From: Minisyncoccota bacterium
Lineage (GTDB): Bacteria; Patescibacteriota; Minisyncoccia; JAHIHE01; JAGLIN01
Length of the DNA stretch: 64,000 nt
Assembly: GCA_028690055.1 (NCBI GenBank)
Contig: JAQVBZ010000004.1
Coordinates: 1,855-65,854 of the forward strand
Direction: 5' to 3'
Shown one piece after another: positions 49,035-58,495 of this stretch. The position numbers were made by a program, and so were the translations under genes. The notes below the pieces were generated by a model. It was not told the DNA's origin. It saw only the letters and a list, made by a program, of their open reading frames with translations, and made no database searches. The stretch's first letter is position 1, and each line of letters opens with the position of its first letter.

Positions 49035-49099
49035 TCTCTGTGCAATTTTTGGACAAAAAAATAAAGGACTTAAAGTCCTCGTATTAAAATTTTTTCAGG

Positions 49100-49228
49100 T
49101 TAACAAGGGGAATCTGTAATACTTGGAATTTGTATTACACCCGTTCCTCCGCATTTTTCGCAACGGCTTTCTGATAGACCAGTTTTTCCGCTTCCTAGGC
49201 ATTCGGGGCATTGTTCTTCTATGCTCAT
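49100..49228 (-). CDS. 42-aa DnaJ-type zinc-finger miniprotein (not in ORF track)
   Basis: MSIEEQCPECLGSGKTGLSESRCEKCGGTGVIQIPSITDSPC: two CxxCxGxG repeats. Confidence 0.7.
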   Translation of the reverse strand: MSIEEQCPECLGSGKTGLSESRCEKCGGTGVIQIPSITDSPC

Positions 49229-49539
49229 TCCTCCCGACAGATCCGTATATTTTATGCGGTCCGTCTGATACAGGCGTTACCATAAATTTTTCTTTAGTCA
49301 AGAGTACTACTATCTTAGGATTACAAGTCGAAAAAGCGCCTTATTAGCAGTCATCTTTTATCTCGCAATCGAAATGAAAGGTTCGGTCGGAACGATTGGA
49401 ACAACTTACTTATGGGGTATTGACAAAAAGTATGATTGTGCTATCCTGAAAAGTCCGAATATTAATAAATTCGATTGACCAAACTAGTCAGTTGAGTTTG
49501 TCTGGAAAATATTTAGGACAAAACATAGAGGGACATAAA

Positions 49540-49761
49540 ATGATAAAAATAAAAATTTTAGTAATGCTCGAAGATAGCCAAGGCGAACATACACTCATCG
49601 TCAGGGAGTGTGATGTGGAAGAAAGACCGGTTCAGGAGGAAGTCCTAGAAAGATGTCTTGAAGAATTTCAAGCCGCGTTAAAAGAAGAAAAGGCTCGACA
49701 AGTTATGGTCGAGGAGCAAGATAGAGAAGATTGGGAATATTACCACAGTCTTGTGGGTTAA
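49540..49761 (+). CDS. Hypothetical acidic protein (73 aa orphan cassette)
   Basis: TTGACA-16-TATCCT at 49420, GAGGG SD, hairpin CCATATTTA..TAAATATGG after the stop. Confidence 0.6.
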   Translation: MIKIKILVMLEDSQGEHTLIVRECDVEERPVQEEVLERCLEEFQAALKEEKARQVMVEEQDREDWEYYHSLVG

Positions 49762-49852
49762 ATCTTGACGATGCCTTGTTTCAATCAACATTTTAATTTT
49801 TTTCCATATTTATGATGTATTTGTAAATATGGATTTTTGTTTATAATCAAAA

Positions 49853-49924
49853 ACCACTGGCGTTAACCAGTGTGTGCGTCAAAGGCAGTAGCTCTCGGAC
49901 AGGGGGCAACTGCTGTTTGTTTTT
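49853..49924 (+). ncRNA. Candidate small RNA (~70 nt)
   Basis: TATAAT at 49842, 5' hairpin CACTGG/CCAGTG, linker, G-U-containing terminator hairpin plus T-rich tail; no ORF. Confidence 0.3.
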
Positions 49925-50305
49925 AAGGTATCATTTTTTTATACAACGATTTATAAATAATGTCCAATTTGGCTTAATCCAGACCTTTTCCAATTGACAT
50001 TTCTTTATCTTTTGGAATTATCGTGACAACTTTACCGTTTAAACTATTCAAGAAAAGTTCTAGTTTGTCCTTATTTTCTGTCATTCTAAGATCGAAATGA
50101 TGAATCTTATATTTTGTTTTCATTCATATTTATATTAATTTTAGTTATTACGGGTGTGGTGCTAAACACCCAACTCATTTTTTAAGAAGGGCTTTTCTCT
50201 TGTCTTTTTTGACAAATTCAGTTTAGTGACAGTCCTTTCTTGACAAAAGATAATTTTATGCTAATCTGGACTAGTCAAGTTACGCATAAAAAGTATATTT
50301 TTGTT

Positions 50306-50599
50306 ATGACAGAAGATGGCTTTGAACAAGTTAAACGGCTGATGAAGATTGTCGGAGGCAAAGCGATTATCGTGGAAGACGGGAAGCCGGCTTTTGTGGT
50401 CATTAGCGCCGATGAATACCTGGGTTTCGAGAGTGACCGGGGTGGGGTCGGAACAGATACGGAGCTGATCGAGAAGACTAATAGGGATATCGCTATTTGG
50501 AAAGGCAAGCAGAAGGAGAGGGAGCTTAAGCAGATGGAGAAGGAACTTTATCACAAGGATCGAGAGATAGAAATCGTTCCGGATGACTCCCAAATCTGA
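50306..50599 (+). CDS. Hypothetical protein, Phd/YefM-like N-terminus
   Basis: AIIVEDGKPAFVVISADEY resembles the Phd antitoxin DNA-binding motif; promoter TTGACA-16-TAATCT at 50240. Confidence 0.65.
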   Translation: MTEDGFEQVKRLMKIVGGKAIIVEDGKPAFVVISADEYLGFESDRGGVGTDTELIEKTNRDIAIWKGKQKERELKQMEKELYHKDREIEIVPDDSQI

Positions 50600-50602
50600 T
50601 AT

Positions 50603-50685
50603 TTGACATTGATATTTTCGATGTTATAATATGAATACTTGCAAGAGAAAGAAACACTTGCCAAATTTTTTTTATGTGATAGAAT
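50603..50685 (+). promoter_or_regulatory. Tandem promoters for tuf-S10
   Basis: TTGACA-16-TATAAT (50603-50630) and TTGCCA-16-TAGAAT (50658-50685), both TG-extended. Confidence 0.75.
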
Positions 50686-50778
50686 GCTTAGGTGCTTATA
50701 AACTTTATATATTTATCAATTTATTAATCTCAAGTGGTACATTAAGTATCGCTTTAACTAAAGAAGGAGAATAAAAAA

Positions 50779-51978
50779 ATGGCAGAAGTATTTGATAGAT
50801 CCAAACCTCATGTCAACGTAGGAACCATCGGTCATGTCGACCACGGAAAAACCACTTTGACTGCTGCTCTTCTATCTTGTTTGACCGCAAAAGGTATGGC
50901 CGCTACAAAGAAAGGTGTAAACGATATTGATAATGCTCCGGAAGAAAGAGACCGTGGTATTACCATCGCTACTTCACACCAGGAATACGAATCAGAAAAC
51001 AGACACTACGCTCACGTAGACTGTCCTGGCCACGCCGACTACATCAAGAACATGATTACCGGTGCCGCCCAGATGGATGGAGCTATTTTAGTCGTGGCTG
51101 CTACTGACGGACCTATGCCGCAGACTAGAGAGCACATCTTACTCGCTTACAACGTAGGCGTGCCACAGATTGTTGTTTTCATCAACAAAGTTGACCAGGT
51201 AGACGATCCTGAACTTATTGACCTTGTCGAAGAAGAAATCAGAGAGCTTTTGACTAAATATCACTTTGACGGAGCAAACACTGCTATTATTAGAGGTTCA
51301 GCTCTTAAAGCTTTGGAGTGTTCTTGTGGAAACGCAGAATGTGAATCTTGCAAGCCTATTTATGACTTGGTAGCTGCTTTGGATACAAATATCCCTGAGC
51401 CACAGCGCGCTGTTGACAAACCTTATCTGATGCCTATTGAAGACATCTTCTCTATTGAAGGTAGGGGGACTGTAGTTACAGGAAGAATCGAAAGAGGTAT
51501 TGTTAACGTCAATGATGAAGTCGAATTAGTCGGTATCAAGGCTACTCGTAAGGTAGTTGTGACCGGAATCGAAATGTTCAACAAACAACTCGACCGTGGA
51601 CAAGCTGGAGACAATGCCGGAGTTCTACTTAGAGGTATCAAGAAAGAGGAAGTCGAGAGAGGCCAGGTTTTGGCTGCTACCGGTTCCATCACTCCACACA
51701 GCGAATTTGAAACTGAAATTTATATTTTGACCAAAGAAGAAGGTGGAAGACACACCCCATTCTTCTCAGGATACAAACCACAATTTTATATCAGAACTAC
51801 TGATGTTACCGGTGATGTTGTTTTGCCGGAAGGAACTGAAATGGTTATGCCTGGTGATACGGTAAAATTGGGTGTCAAATTGATTTCACAGGTTGCTATG
51901 GAAGAAGGAATGAGATTTGCTATTCGTGAAGGTGGACACACCGTAGGTGCCGGAGTCGTGACCAAGATTATAAAATAA
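50779..51978 (+). CDS. tuf: Elongation factor Tu
   Basis: [18 protein letters not shown]; AAGGAG SD. Confidence 0.99.
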   Translation: MAEVFDRSKPHVNVGTIGHVDHGKTTLTAALLSCLTAKGMAATKKGVNDIDNAPEERDRGITIATSHQEYESENRHYAHVDCPGHADYIKNMITGAAQMDGAILVVAATDGPMPQTREHILLAYNVGVPQIVVFINKVDQVDDPELIDLVEEEIRELLTKYHFDGANTAIIRGSALKALECSCGNAECESCKPIYDLVAALDTNIPEPQRAVDKPYLMPIEDIFSIEGRGTVVTGRIERGIVNVNDEVELVGIKATRKVVVTGIEMFNKQLDRGQAGDNAGVLLRGIKKEEVERGQVLAATGSITPHSEFETEIYILTKEEGGRHTPFFSGYKPQFYIRTTDVTGDVVLPEGTEMVMPGDTVKLGVKLISQVAMEEGMRFAIREGGHTVGAGVVTKIIK

Positions 51979-52046
51979 GGAGTTAACTCTTCTTATTTTT
52001 GTTTACCGTTTTTTGTAAATAATTTAAGTTTTATATTTAAATCGCA

Positions 52047-52388
52047 ATGGTAGAAAAGAAACAGGAAATTGCAGGTGATTCTAGCAAGCAAAAGATTAGG
52101 ATCAAAATCAAGGCATATGATCACAAAGTCATTGATCAGTCTGCCAAGCAAATCGTTGAGACGGCGCTCCGAAATGGTGCTTCAGTGAGAGGGCCGGTTC
52201 CTCTTCCTACCAGCGTGAGCAAATTTACGGTAAACCGATCGACATTTGTACACAAGGACGCCAGAGAGCAGTTCGAGATGAGGATCCATAAGAGGCTGGT
52301 TGATATCATCGACCTTAATCCGAAAATTATCGACGCGCTTACGAATCTGAATTTGCCAGCTGGGGTTTTTGTAGAGATCAAAATGTAG
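52047..52388 (+). CDS. rpsJ: 30S ribosomal protein S10
   Basis: [29 protein letters not shown]. Confidence 0.98.
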   Translation: MVEKKQEIAGDSSKQKIRIKIKAYDHKVIDQSAKQIVETALRNGASVRGPVPLPTSVSKFTVNRSTFVHKDAREQFEMRIHKRLVDIIDLNPKIIDALTNLNLPAGVFVEIKM

Positions 52389-52406
52389 TTTAAAATTTAT
52401 ATTTTC

Positions 52407-52523
52407 GCTAGTTTAAGTACTTGTTATATCCTATTACTTTGTAAAAAGTGATAAGTATACTGGATTAGCCAATCAAATCGGATATCATATCGATTAAGTT
52501 GGTTAATGATATCTGATTTTTTT
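52407..52523 (+). promoter_or_regulatory. Putative attenuator / r-protein leader upstream of rplC
   Basis: Three mutually exclusive helices, the last a terminator-like stem with T tract (see findings). Confidence 0.5.
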
Positions 52524-52542
52524 GTTAAGCTTAAAAAATAGT

Positions 52543-53163
52543 ATGAAGTTTATTTTAGGAAAGAAAGTAGGGATGAGTCAGATCTTCGTGGAGGGGGATA
52601 AAGAAACGAAAGTGATACCTGTCACTTTGGTAGAGGCTGATTCTTGCTATGTTACTCAGGTGAAAAACCAAGAAAAAGATGGTTATGAGGCTGTTCAGGT
52701 TGCTTTCGAGGAAAGCAAGCGGGTAAACAAGCCGATGGCGGGACATTTACAGGGCGTAGGAAAATTTTTCAGATATCTCCGCGAAATCCGCAACGATAAT
52801 AAAGACAACAAGTCGCAGGTCGGAGAAAAGATGGAAGTGACCGTATTTGAAGCCGGAGACAAAGTGAAGGTCACTGGAATCGCCAAAGCAAAAGGATTTC
52901 AGGGGGCTATGAAGAGACATGGCTTCAAAGGAGGCAAGGCTAGCCACGGACAGAAACACAGCAACCGTAGGGTGGGTTCAATCGGAGCCACTTACCCAGA
53001 GAGAGTTATCAAAGGAAAGAAGATGGCCGGAAGAATGGGGGGAGGACAGATCACGCAAGTCGGACTGGAAATCGTGCGTGTCGATGCCGAGAAGAATCTG
53101 CTTCTCATCAAGGGGTGTGTTCCGGGAAATAACGGAACTTTGCTCAAGATCGTATCAGAATAG
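52543..53163 (+). CDS. rplC: 50S ribosomal protein L3
   Basis: GKKVGMSQIF, DGYEAVQ, KGFQG.MKR, KMAGRMG. Confidence 0.98.
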   Translation: MKFILGKKVGMSQIFVEGDKETKVIPVTLVEADSCYVTQVKNQEKDGYEAVQVAFEESKRVNKPMAGHLQGVGKFFRYLREIRNDNKDNKSQVGEKMEVTVFEAGDKVKVTGIAKAKGFQGAMKRHGFKGGKASHGQKHSNRRVGSIGATYPERVIKGKKMAGRMGGGQITQVGLEIVRVDAEKNLLLIKGCVPGNNGTLLKIVSE

Positions 53164-53199
53164 GAATCCAAGTAATTATAAGAAAATTGTTTCAATATT

Positions 53200-53832
53200 A
53201 TGAAAACTAAAGTATACAATCTCGACGGAAAAGAAGCAGGTGAAATCGAACTCCCTGAAAGAATATTCAATATAGCGGTCAATGAAGACCTTGTACATCA
53301 AGTGGTAATTGCTCAGATGGCCAACGCCAGAGTAGCCATTGCTGATACCAAAGACAGGGGCGAAGTAAGTGGTGGAGGCAAGAAGCCCTGGAAGCAGAAA
53401 GGTACCGGTAGGGCCAGACACGGATCTTCTCGATCCCCGATCTGGAAAGGCGGAGGAGTGACTTTCGGACCGACCAGCGACCGTAACTATACCAAGCGGA
53501 TCAACAAGAAGATGAAAGCTAAGGCGCTTTTTATGGTTCTTTCCGAAAAACTCCGTGAGGAGAAAATCCTGGTTCTGGATGGAACCAAGATGGAGAAACC
53601 ATCTACCAAGGAAATGATCAAGTCTTTGGAAAAGTTGTCTATCAAAACTAAAATTTTGATGGCATTGGGCGGTAGAGACGAGAATATCTTAAAATCGGTT
53701 TGCAATATCACGAAAGTTTCCGTGATTGCCAGTGATTCTTTAAATGTTGTCGATCTCCTCAAAAACGATATGTTTGTCATCAACAAAGAAGGATTGAAGA
53801 AGATCGAAGAAACTTATAAATATGAATTTTAA
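53200..53832 (+). CDS. rplD: 50S ribosomal protein L4
   Basis: GGGKKPWKQKGTGRARHGS. Confidence 0.98.
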   Translation: MKTKVYNLDGKEAGEIELPERIFNIAVNEDLVHQVVIAQMANARVAIADTKDRGEVSGGGKKPWKQKGTGRARHGSSRSPIWKGGGVTFGPTSDRNYTKRINKKMKAKALFMVLSEKLREEKILVLDGTKMEKPSTKEMIKSLEKLSIKTKILMALGGRDENILKSVCNITKVSVIASDSLNVVDLLKNDMFVINKEGLKKIEETYKYEF

Positions 53833-53841
53833 TAGAAAGCT

Positions 53842-54264
53842 ATGAGTATTTTGAATAAAATCATCAAGAAGGACGACGAGAAGAAATCGAAAGCAGCCGC
53901 CAAACCGAAAGCTGCGAAGAAAGTTGCCAAGCCGAAGGCTGAAAAGGTGGCCAGAGTGAAGAGTGGAGTAGTACCTATGCACTATTTCGAAATCATCAAG
54001 CGCCCCTATATCTCCGAGAAGGCTTTCTCGATCAACTCTATGGGGCAATACGTATTCTTGGTTGCTACTGGGGCAAACAAGACCGAGATCAAGAAGGCAA
54101 TCGAGCAGGCTTACAAGGTGAAAGTGTCAGGCGTGAACATCACCAAGGCCAAACCCAAACCGAAAAAATATAAGGGCTACCCGAGCGTTCGCAGCGGATT
54201 TACGAAAGCCGTCGTGACACTGCAAAAAGGGAGTACTATGGACATCATGGAAGGGGTAAAGTAA
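53842..54264 (+). CDS. rplW: 50S ribosomal protein L23 with K/A/P-rich N-terminal extension
   Basis: P.ISEK, ANKTEIKKAIE, KAVVTL. Confidence 0.95.
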   Translation: MSILNKIIKKDDEKKSKAAAKPKAAKKVAKPKAEKVARVKSGVVPMHYFEIIKRPYISEKAFSINSMGQYVFLVATGANKTEIKKAIEQAYKVKVSGVNITKAKPKPKKYKGYPSVRSGFTKAVVTLQKGSTMDIMEGVK

Positions 54265-54291
54265 ATAATAATTTTGAATAAATAGAGCAGT

Positions 54292-55092
54292 ATGGCAATA
54301 AAAAAGTATAAACCAACATCGCCGGGAAGACGAGGAATGACCGTAAATGACTTCTCGATACTAACCAAGAAGAAGCCGGAGAAGAGTTTGCTCGCTCCTA
54401 TGACTGCCAAAGAAGGCCGGGGCAGTTCAGGAACTATCACTACAAGGCACCGAGGTGGAGCGGTAAAAAAGAGATATCGCGTAATCGATTTCAAGATGGA
54501 GAAGCGCGACATTCCGGCAAAGATCGCCTCTATCGAGTACGACCCTAACCGCAGCGCTTTTATCGCTCTTGTCGTCTTTGCTGACGGGGAAAAGAGATAT
54601 ATGGTAGCTACCGAAGGATTGAAAGCGGGCGACAAAATAATCTTTTCCGAGAGAGCTCCTATCCGTAATGGTAACAGACTTCCACTTGGGAAAATTCCTT
54701 TGGGAACTACCGTTTGTAACTTCGAGCTGTTTCCAGGCAAAGGTTCACAGTGCGCTCGCAGTGCCGGATCTTCAGCCAAGCTAACTGCAATCGATGCAGG
54801 TAAGGCGCACATCAGTCTGCCTTCCGGTGTGGTCAAAATAATCGATGAGGAATGCTACGCCACTGTCGGACAGGTCAGCAACATTCATTACAACAAGATT
54901 TGTATCGGTAAGGCTGGACGCGCCCGTCACATGGGCAAGAGACCGGAAGTTCGCGGAAGTGCAATGAACCCTTGCGATCACCCTCATGGTGGTGGAGAAG
55001 GTTGTCAGCCGATCGGACTCAAGCATCCGAAAACTCCGTGGGGTAAGCCTGCTATGGGATACAAGACTGCTCGTAAAAAGAAGAAGAAATAG
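54292..55092 (+). CDS. rplB: 50S ribosomal protein L2
   Basis: EYDPNRSA, VRGSAMNPCDHPHGGGEG, TPWG. Confidence 0.98.
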   Translation: MAIKKYKPTSPGRRGMTVNDFSILTKKKPEKSLLAPMTAKEGRGSSGTITTRHRGGAVKKRYRVIDFKMEKRDIPAKIASIEYDPNRSAFIALVVFADGEKRYMVATEGLKAGDKIIFSERAPIRNGNRLPLGKIPLGTTVCNFELFPGKGSQCARSAGSSAKLTAIDAGKAHISLPSGVVKIIDEECYATVGQVSNIHYNKICIGKAGRARHMGKRPEVRGSAMNPCDHPHGGGEGCQPIGLKHPKTPWGKPAMGYKTARKKKKK

Positions 55093-55094
55093 AA

Positions 55095-55278
55095 ATAACT
55101 CATAACAAATAGCTGATAACTTATAACGGAATACAAATACAATAATACCTCTAAGATTAAAATTGATTTGCATTTAGTTATAAGTTATCGGTTATGAATT
55201 ATAAGTTGTTTGAAGAAAAGAGAAATAACGCACGGATAAGACCAAGTTATTTGTTATAAGTTATAAGTTGTAAGTTAT
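55095..55278. repeat. Inverted arrays of heptamer repeats (ATAACTT / AAGTTAT)
   Basis: TAGCTGATAACTTATAAC (55110) pairs with GTTATAAGTTATCGGTTA (55177); further GTTATAA units at 55246-55278. Confidence 0.75.
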
Positions 55279-55283
55279 TTATT

Positions 55284-55580
55284 ATGTCAAGATCACTTAA
55301 AAAAGGCCCTTACGTGGACGCGAAACTTCTCAAGAAAGTCGAAGCTCTTAAGGCGGGAGACAAGACCGTCGTAAAGACTTGGGCTCGAGCTTCTACTATC
55401 TCCCCGGAAATGGTAGGATTCGTCTTCGGAGTACACAACGGCAAGACCCACATCGAAGTGCTGGTCACTGAGGATATGGTCGGACACAAACTCGGAGAAT
55501 TCTCTCCGACCAAGAAATTCGTCCGTCATGGTGGAAAGATGCAGAAAGAGCAGGAAGCGAAAAAAGCAACCGCCAAGTAA
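55284..55580 (+). CDS. rpsS: 30S ribosomal protein S19
   Basis: [22 protein letters not shown]. Confidence 0.98.
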   Translation: MSRSLKKGPYVDAKLLKKVEALKAGDKTVVKTWARASTISPEMVGFVFGVHNGKTHIEVLVTEDMVGHKLGEFSPTKKFVRHGGKMQKEQEAKKATAK

Positions 55581-55613
55581 AGTAGTTTAATAGAGATTAG
55601 TAAATTTTAAAAT

Positions 55614-56081
55614 ATGCAAGTTAGCGCAAAACTGAAAAATCTGAGGGTTTCACAACGGAAGACTAGGCTGGTGGCTGATTTGGTCAGGGGCAAGAACATC
55701 GATGTTGCCCGAGTCCAGCTCCAATTTTCCACGAAAAAAACCTCGGAAAACATCTTATGTCTTCTCAATTCCGCTGTTGCGAATGCGAAGAATAACTTCA
55801 ATTTGGATGAAAACAATCTATACATCCAAAGCATAATCGTGGAGGAAGGACCGACACTCAAGAGATTTATGCCGCGGGCGATGGGAAGAGCTTCCGCCAT
55901 CAGAAAAAGGACTTGCAGTGTAATTATCATATTAGATGAGACTAAGAACAGACCGGAAAAGCCGGCCAAGGCAAGCAGGAAAGCCAAGAAGTCTGAGAAA
56001 ATTGCAGAAGTCAAGGATGTCGCGAAAGTCGACCCGGTTGTAGTGGAGAAGGCTGAGGCAGTAGAGGCGAAAGCGAAATAG
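55614..56081 (+). CDS. rplV: 50S ribosomal protein L22 with C-terminal extension
   Basis: KTRLVADLVRG, GPTLKRFMPRAMGRA. Confidence 0.97.
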   Translation: MQVSAKLKNLRVSQRKTRLVADLVRGKNIDVARVQLQFSTKKTSENILCLLNSAVANAKNNFNLDENNLYIQSIIVEEGPTLKRFMPRAMGRASAIRKRTCSVIIILDETKNRPEKPAKASRKAKKSEKIAEVKDVAKVDPVVVEKAEAVEAKAK

Positions 56082-56115
56082 ATTTAAATAAATTTCAAAA
56101 TTAAGTTGAAAAAAT

Positions 56116-56760
56116 ATGGGACACAAAGTTAATCCATTTGCACATAGACTGGGAGTGATCCGGGGATGGAAGTCCAACTGGTTCAACGTTGCGAACTATC
56201 GCGAATATCTCAAAAACGACATAGAATTGCGTACCTATTTGGAGAAGAAATTGCAGAAGGCCGCTATCGAGAACATCGTTATAGAGAGATCTTCCAATAG
56301 TATGACTTTCAATATCTCTACTGCTCGTCCCGGCGTGGTTATCGGACGCGGAGGAACAGGCGCTGAGGATCTTCGAGCTGATATTGTAAAAAAAGTGAAA
56401 CCGGAAAAAATCGATGTGAAGATCAACATCATCGAAATCAAAAACCCGGAACTTTCCGCAATGTTGGTCGCTCAATCGGTGGCAGAACAGCTGGAGAAAC
56501 GCGCTCCCTTCCGTAGGACTATCAAACAGGCGATCGAGAGGACGATGCAGAACAAAACTGCTCAGGGAGTGAAAGTCGCAGTTTCAGGCAGATTGGATGG
56601 AGCAGAAATGGCTCGCGCAGAATGGCTCAGCGAAGGCAAGATTCCGCTTCAGACATTGCGCGCCGATGTGGATTATGCTAAATATTGTGCTCACACCACC
56701 TTTGGGGTAATCGGTATCAAAGTTTGGATTTACAAAGGGGAAATTTTCAACAGGAAATAG
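56116..56760 (+). CDS. rpsC: 30S ribosomal protein S3
   Basis: MGHKVNP, RPGVVIG, GRLDGAEMAR, PLQTLRA. Confidence 0.98.
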   Translation: MGHKVNPFAHRLGVIRGWKSNWFNVANYREYLKNDIELRTYLEKKLQKAAIENIVIERSSNSMTFNISTARPGVVIGRGGTGAEDLRADIVKKVKPEKIDVKINIIEIKNPELSAMLVAQSVAEQLEKRAPFRRTIKQAIERTMQNKTAQGVKVAVSGRLDGAEMARAEWLSEGKIPLQTLRADVDYAKYCAHTTFGVIGIKVWIYKGEIFNRK

Positions 56761-56791
56761 ATATCTAATCAAAATATATTAAGAGAAAGTT

Positions 56792-57214
56792 ATGTTAATG
56801 CCCAAGAAAATCAAACATAGGAAGCAACAAAAAGGCAGAATGCGCGGCAAGTCCCAAGTAGGGAACTCGATAGCATTCGGATCCTATGCCCTCAAGACTA
56901 CCGAGTCTAGCTGGATTACCAGTCGCCAGATTGAGGCTGCCAGACGTGCTATGACCCGATATATCCAAAGAGGCGGAAAAATTTGGATCAGGATTTTCCC
57001 GGACAAACCGATTACAGCCAAAGCAGCTGAAGTTCCGATGGGTAGTGGAAAAGGAAGTCTGGATCATTTTTCAGCAGCGGTCAGGAGAGGTAAAATACTT
57101 TTCGAGATGGATGGTGTAAAGGAAGATATCGCTAAAGAGGCGATGAGACTCGCTAGCCATAAGCTGCCGGTCAAAACCGAATTTATTTGCAAAGACACGC
57201 AAGGTTTTAAATAA
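56792..57214 (+). CDS. rplP: 50S ribosomal protein L16
   Basis: [22 protein letters not shown]. Confidence 0.98.
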   Translation: MLMPKKIKHRKQQKGRMRGKSQVGNSIAFGSYALKTTESSWITSRQIEAARRAMTRYIQRGGKIWIRIFPDKPITAKAAEVPMGSGKGSLDHFSAAVRRGKILFEMDGVKEDIAKEAMRLASHKLPVKTEFICKDTQGFK

Positions 57215-57232
57215 CAAATTCTTAAATTGCTT

Positions 57233-57433
57233 ATGAAAGTTAAAGAAATCAGAGAAAAAACCGACAATGAGCTCAAAAATTTGATAAGAGAAAATAAAGA
57301 GAAACTCAAGAAACTCAGGTTTTCTCTGGCAAATCGGCAACTCGAGAATACTCGGGAAATCAGTGAAGCTAAAATCACGGTCGCTCGAGCCAAAACTGTC
57401 TTGAAAGAAAAAGCTCAAAGTGAAATAAATTAA
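57233..57433 (+). CDS. rpmC: 50S ribosomal protein L29
   Basis: Position, EIREK, LRF, VARAKTVL. Confidence 0.9.
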   Translation: MKVKEIREKTDNELKNLIRENKEKLKKLRFSLANRQLENTREISEAKITVARAKTVLKEKAQSEIN

Positions 57434-57445
57434 TTTTAGATAATT

Positions 57446-57712
57446 ATGAACAAAGAAATCAACCAAGAAGCTCCTGTTGACAACCGCAGAAAGAAAGTCG
57501 GAACCGTTGTCAGCGACAAGATGGACAAGACGGTTGTCGTTGAGATTGTCACACTGAAGACCCACCCTATCTATAGGAAGAAGTACAAATCGAGCAAGAA
57601 ATATAAGGCGCATGACGAAGAGAACCGATGCAAAGTCGGAGATAAAGTAACGATTGCGGAATGCAAACCGTTGAGCAGAGACAAGAGATGGAAGGTCGTG
57701 TCCGCCGAATAG
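57446..57712 (+). CDS. rpsQ: 30S ribosomal protein S17
   Basis: [27 protein letters not shown]. Confidence 0.97.
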   Translation: MNKEINQEAPVDNRRKKVGTVVSDKMDKTVVVEIVTLKTHPIYRKKYKSSKKYKAHDEENRCKVGDKVTIAECKPLSRDKRWKVVSAE

Positions 57713-57736
57713 TTTTATAAGTTATAAATTACTTTT

Positions 57737-58108
57737 ATGATTCAAAATGGTAGTAATCTCATAGTCGCGGACAACTCCGGCGCCAAGACGGCACGATGTA
57801 TCAAGGTTCTCGGCGGTTCGAAGAAAAGATACGCCTATATCGGCGAAGTCATTGTTGTGGCTATCAAATCCAGCGAACCTAGAGGTCAGGTCAAAAAAGG
57901 TGAGGTCGCCAAAGGAGTTATTGTGAGACAGAGAAAAGCACTGCGCCGCAAGGACGGTTCTTATATCCGTTTCGACGACAACGCGATCGTAATTGTCGAC
58001 AAGGACAACAAGACACCTAAGGGAACCCGTATCTTTGGTCCGATTGCAAGAGAATTAAGAGAGAAGGGGTATATGAAAGCAATTTCTTTGGCTCCGGAAG
58101 TTCTATAA
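57737..58108 (+). CDS. rplN: 50S ribosomal protein L14
   Basis: [27 protein letters not shown]. Confidence 0.98.
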   Translation: MIQNGSNLIVADNSGAKTARCIKVLGGSKKRYAYIGEVIVVAIKSSEPRGQVKKGEVAKGVIVRQRKALRRKDGSYIRFDDNAIVIVDKDNKTPKGTRIFGPIARELREKGYMKAISLAPEVL

Positions 58109-58144
58109 TTTGCGAGAATAATATACTTTATAAATAATATAGTT

Positions 58145-58477
58145 ATGAAAATTAAGATTAACGACAAAGTAAAAATCATCGCCGGTAAAGACAGCGGAAA
58201 AAGTGGAAATGTCATCAAGTCCCTGCCTTCGCGTGGCAAGGTTGTCGTGGAAGGGCTCAACACGGTTCACAAACACACCAAGCCGGATCGCGCAGGGGGA
58301 AAAGGCCAGAGAATTACCGTTGCTATGCCTATCGATGTTTCCAATACTATGCTTATTTGCCCGAATTGCGGCAAGGAGTCGAAAGTAGGGTATGTCATTA
58401 CAGAAGATGGAGAGAAATTTCGCACCTGCAAGAAATGCAACCAACCTATCAATGACAAAATTAAAGATAATAAATAA
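58145..58477 (+). CDS. rplX: 50S ribosomal protein L24 (Zn-ribbon type)
   Basis: IIAGKD.GK, VVVEGLN, CPNC..CKKC. Confidence 0.96.
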   Translation: MKIKINDKVKIIAGKDSGKSGNVIKSLPSRGKVVVEGLNTVHKHTKPDRAGGKGQRITVAMPIDVSNTMLICPNCGKESKVGYVITEDGEKFRTCKKCNQPINDKIKDNK

Positions 58478-58495
58478 AGCAATTAAGATACTCTT

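Noticed and set aside
49095-49347. ORF-track calls 49095-49301(-) and 49123-49347(+)
   Set aside because: A different minus-strand frame (49100-49228) gives a clear CxxCxGxG pair and explains the region better.
3406-49830. Orphan cassettes as integron gene cassettes
   Set aside because: No convincing attC (RYYYAAC..GTTRRRY) sites or intI; the genes are dispersed and carry their own promoters.
51316-51354. Cys-rich segment in EF-Tu ([12 protein letters not shown])
   Set aside because: Similar Cys-rich loops occur in EF-Tu of other anaerobes; not novel.
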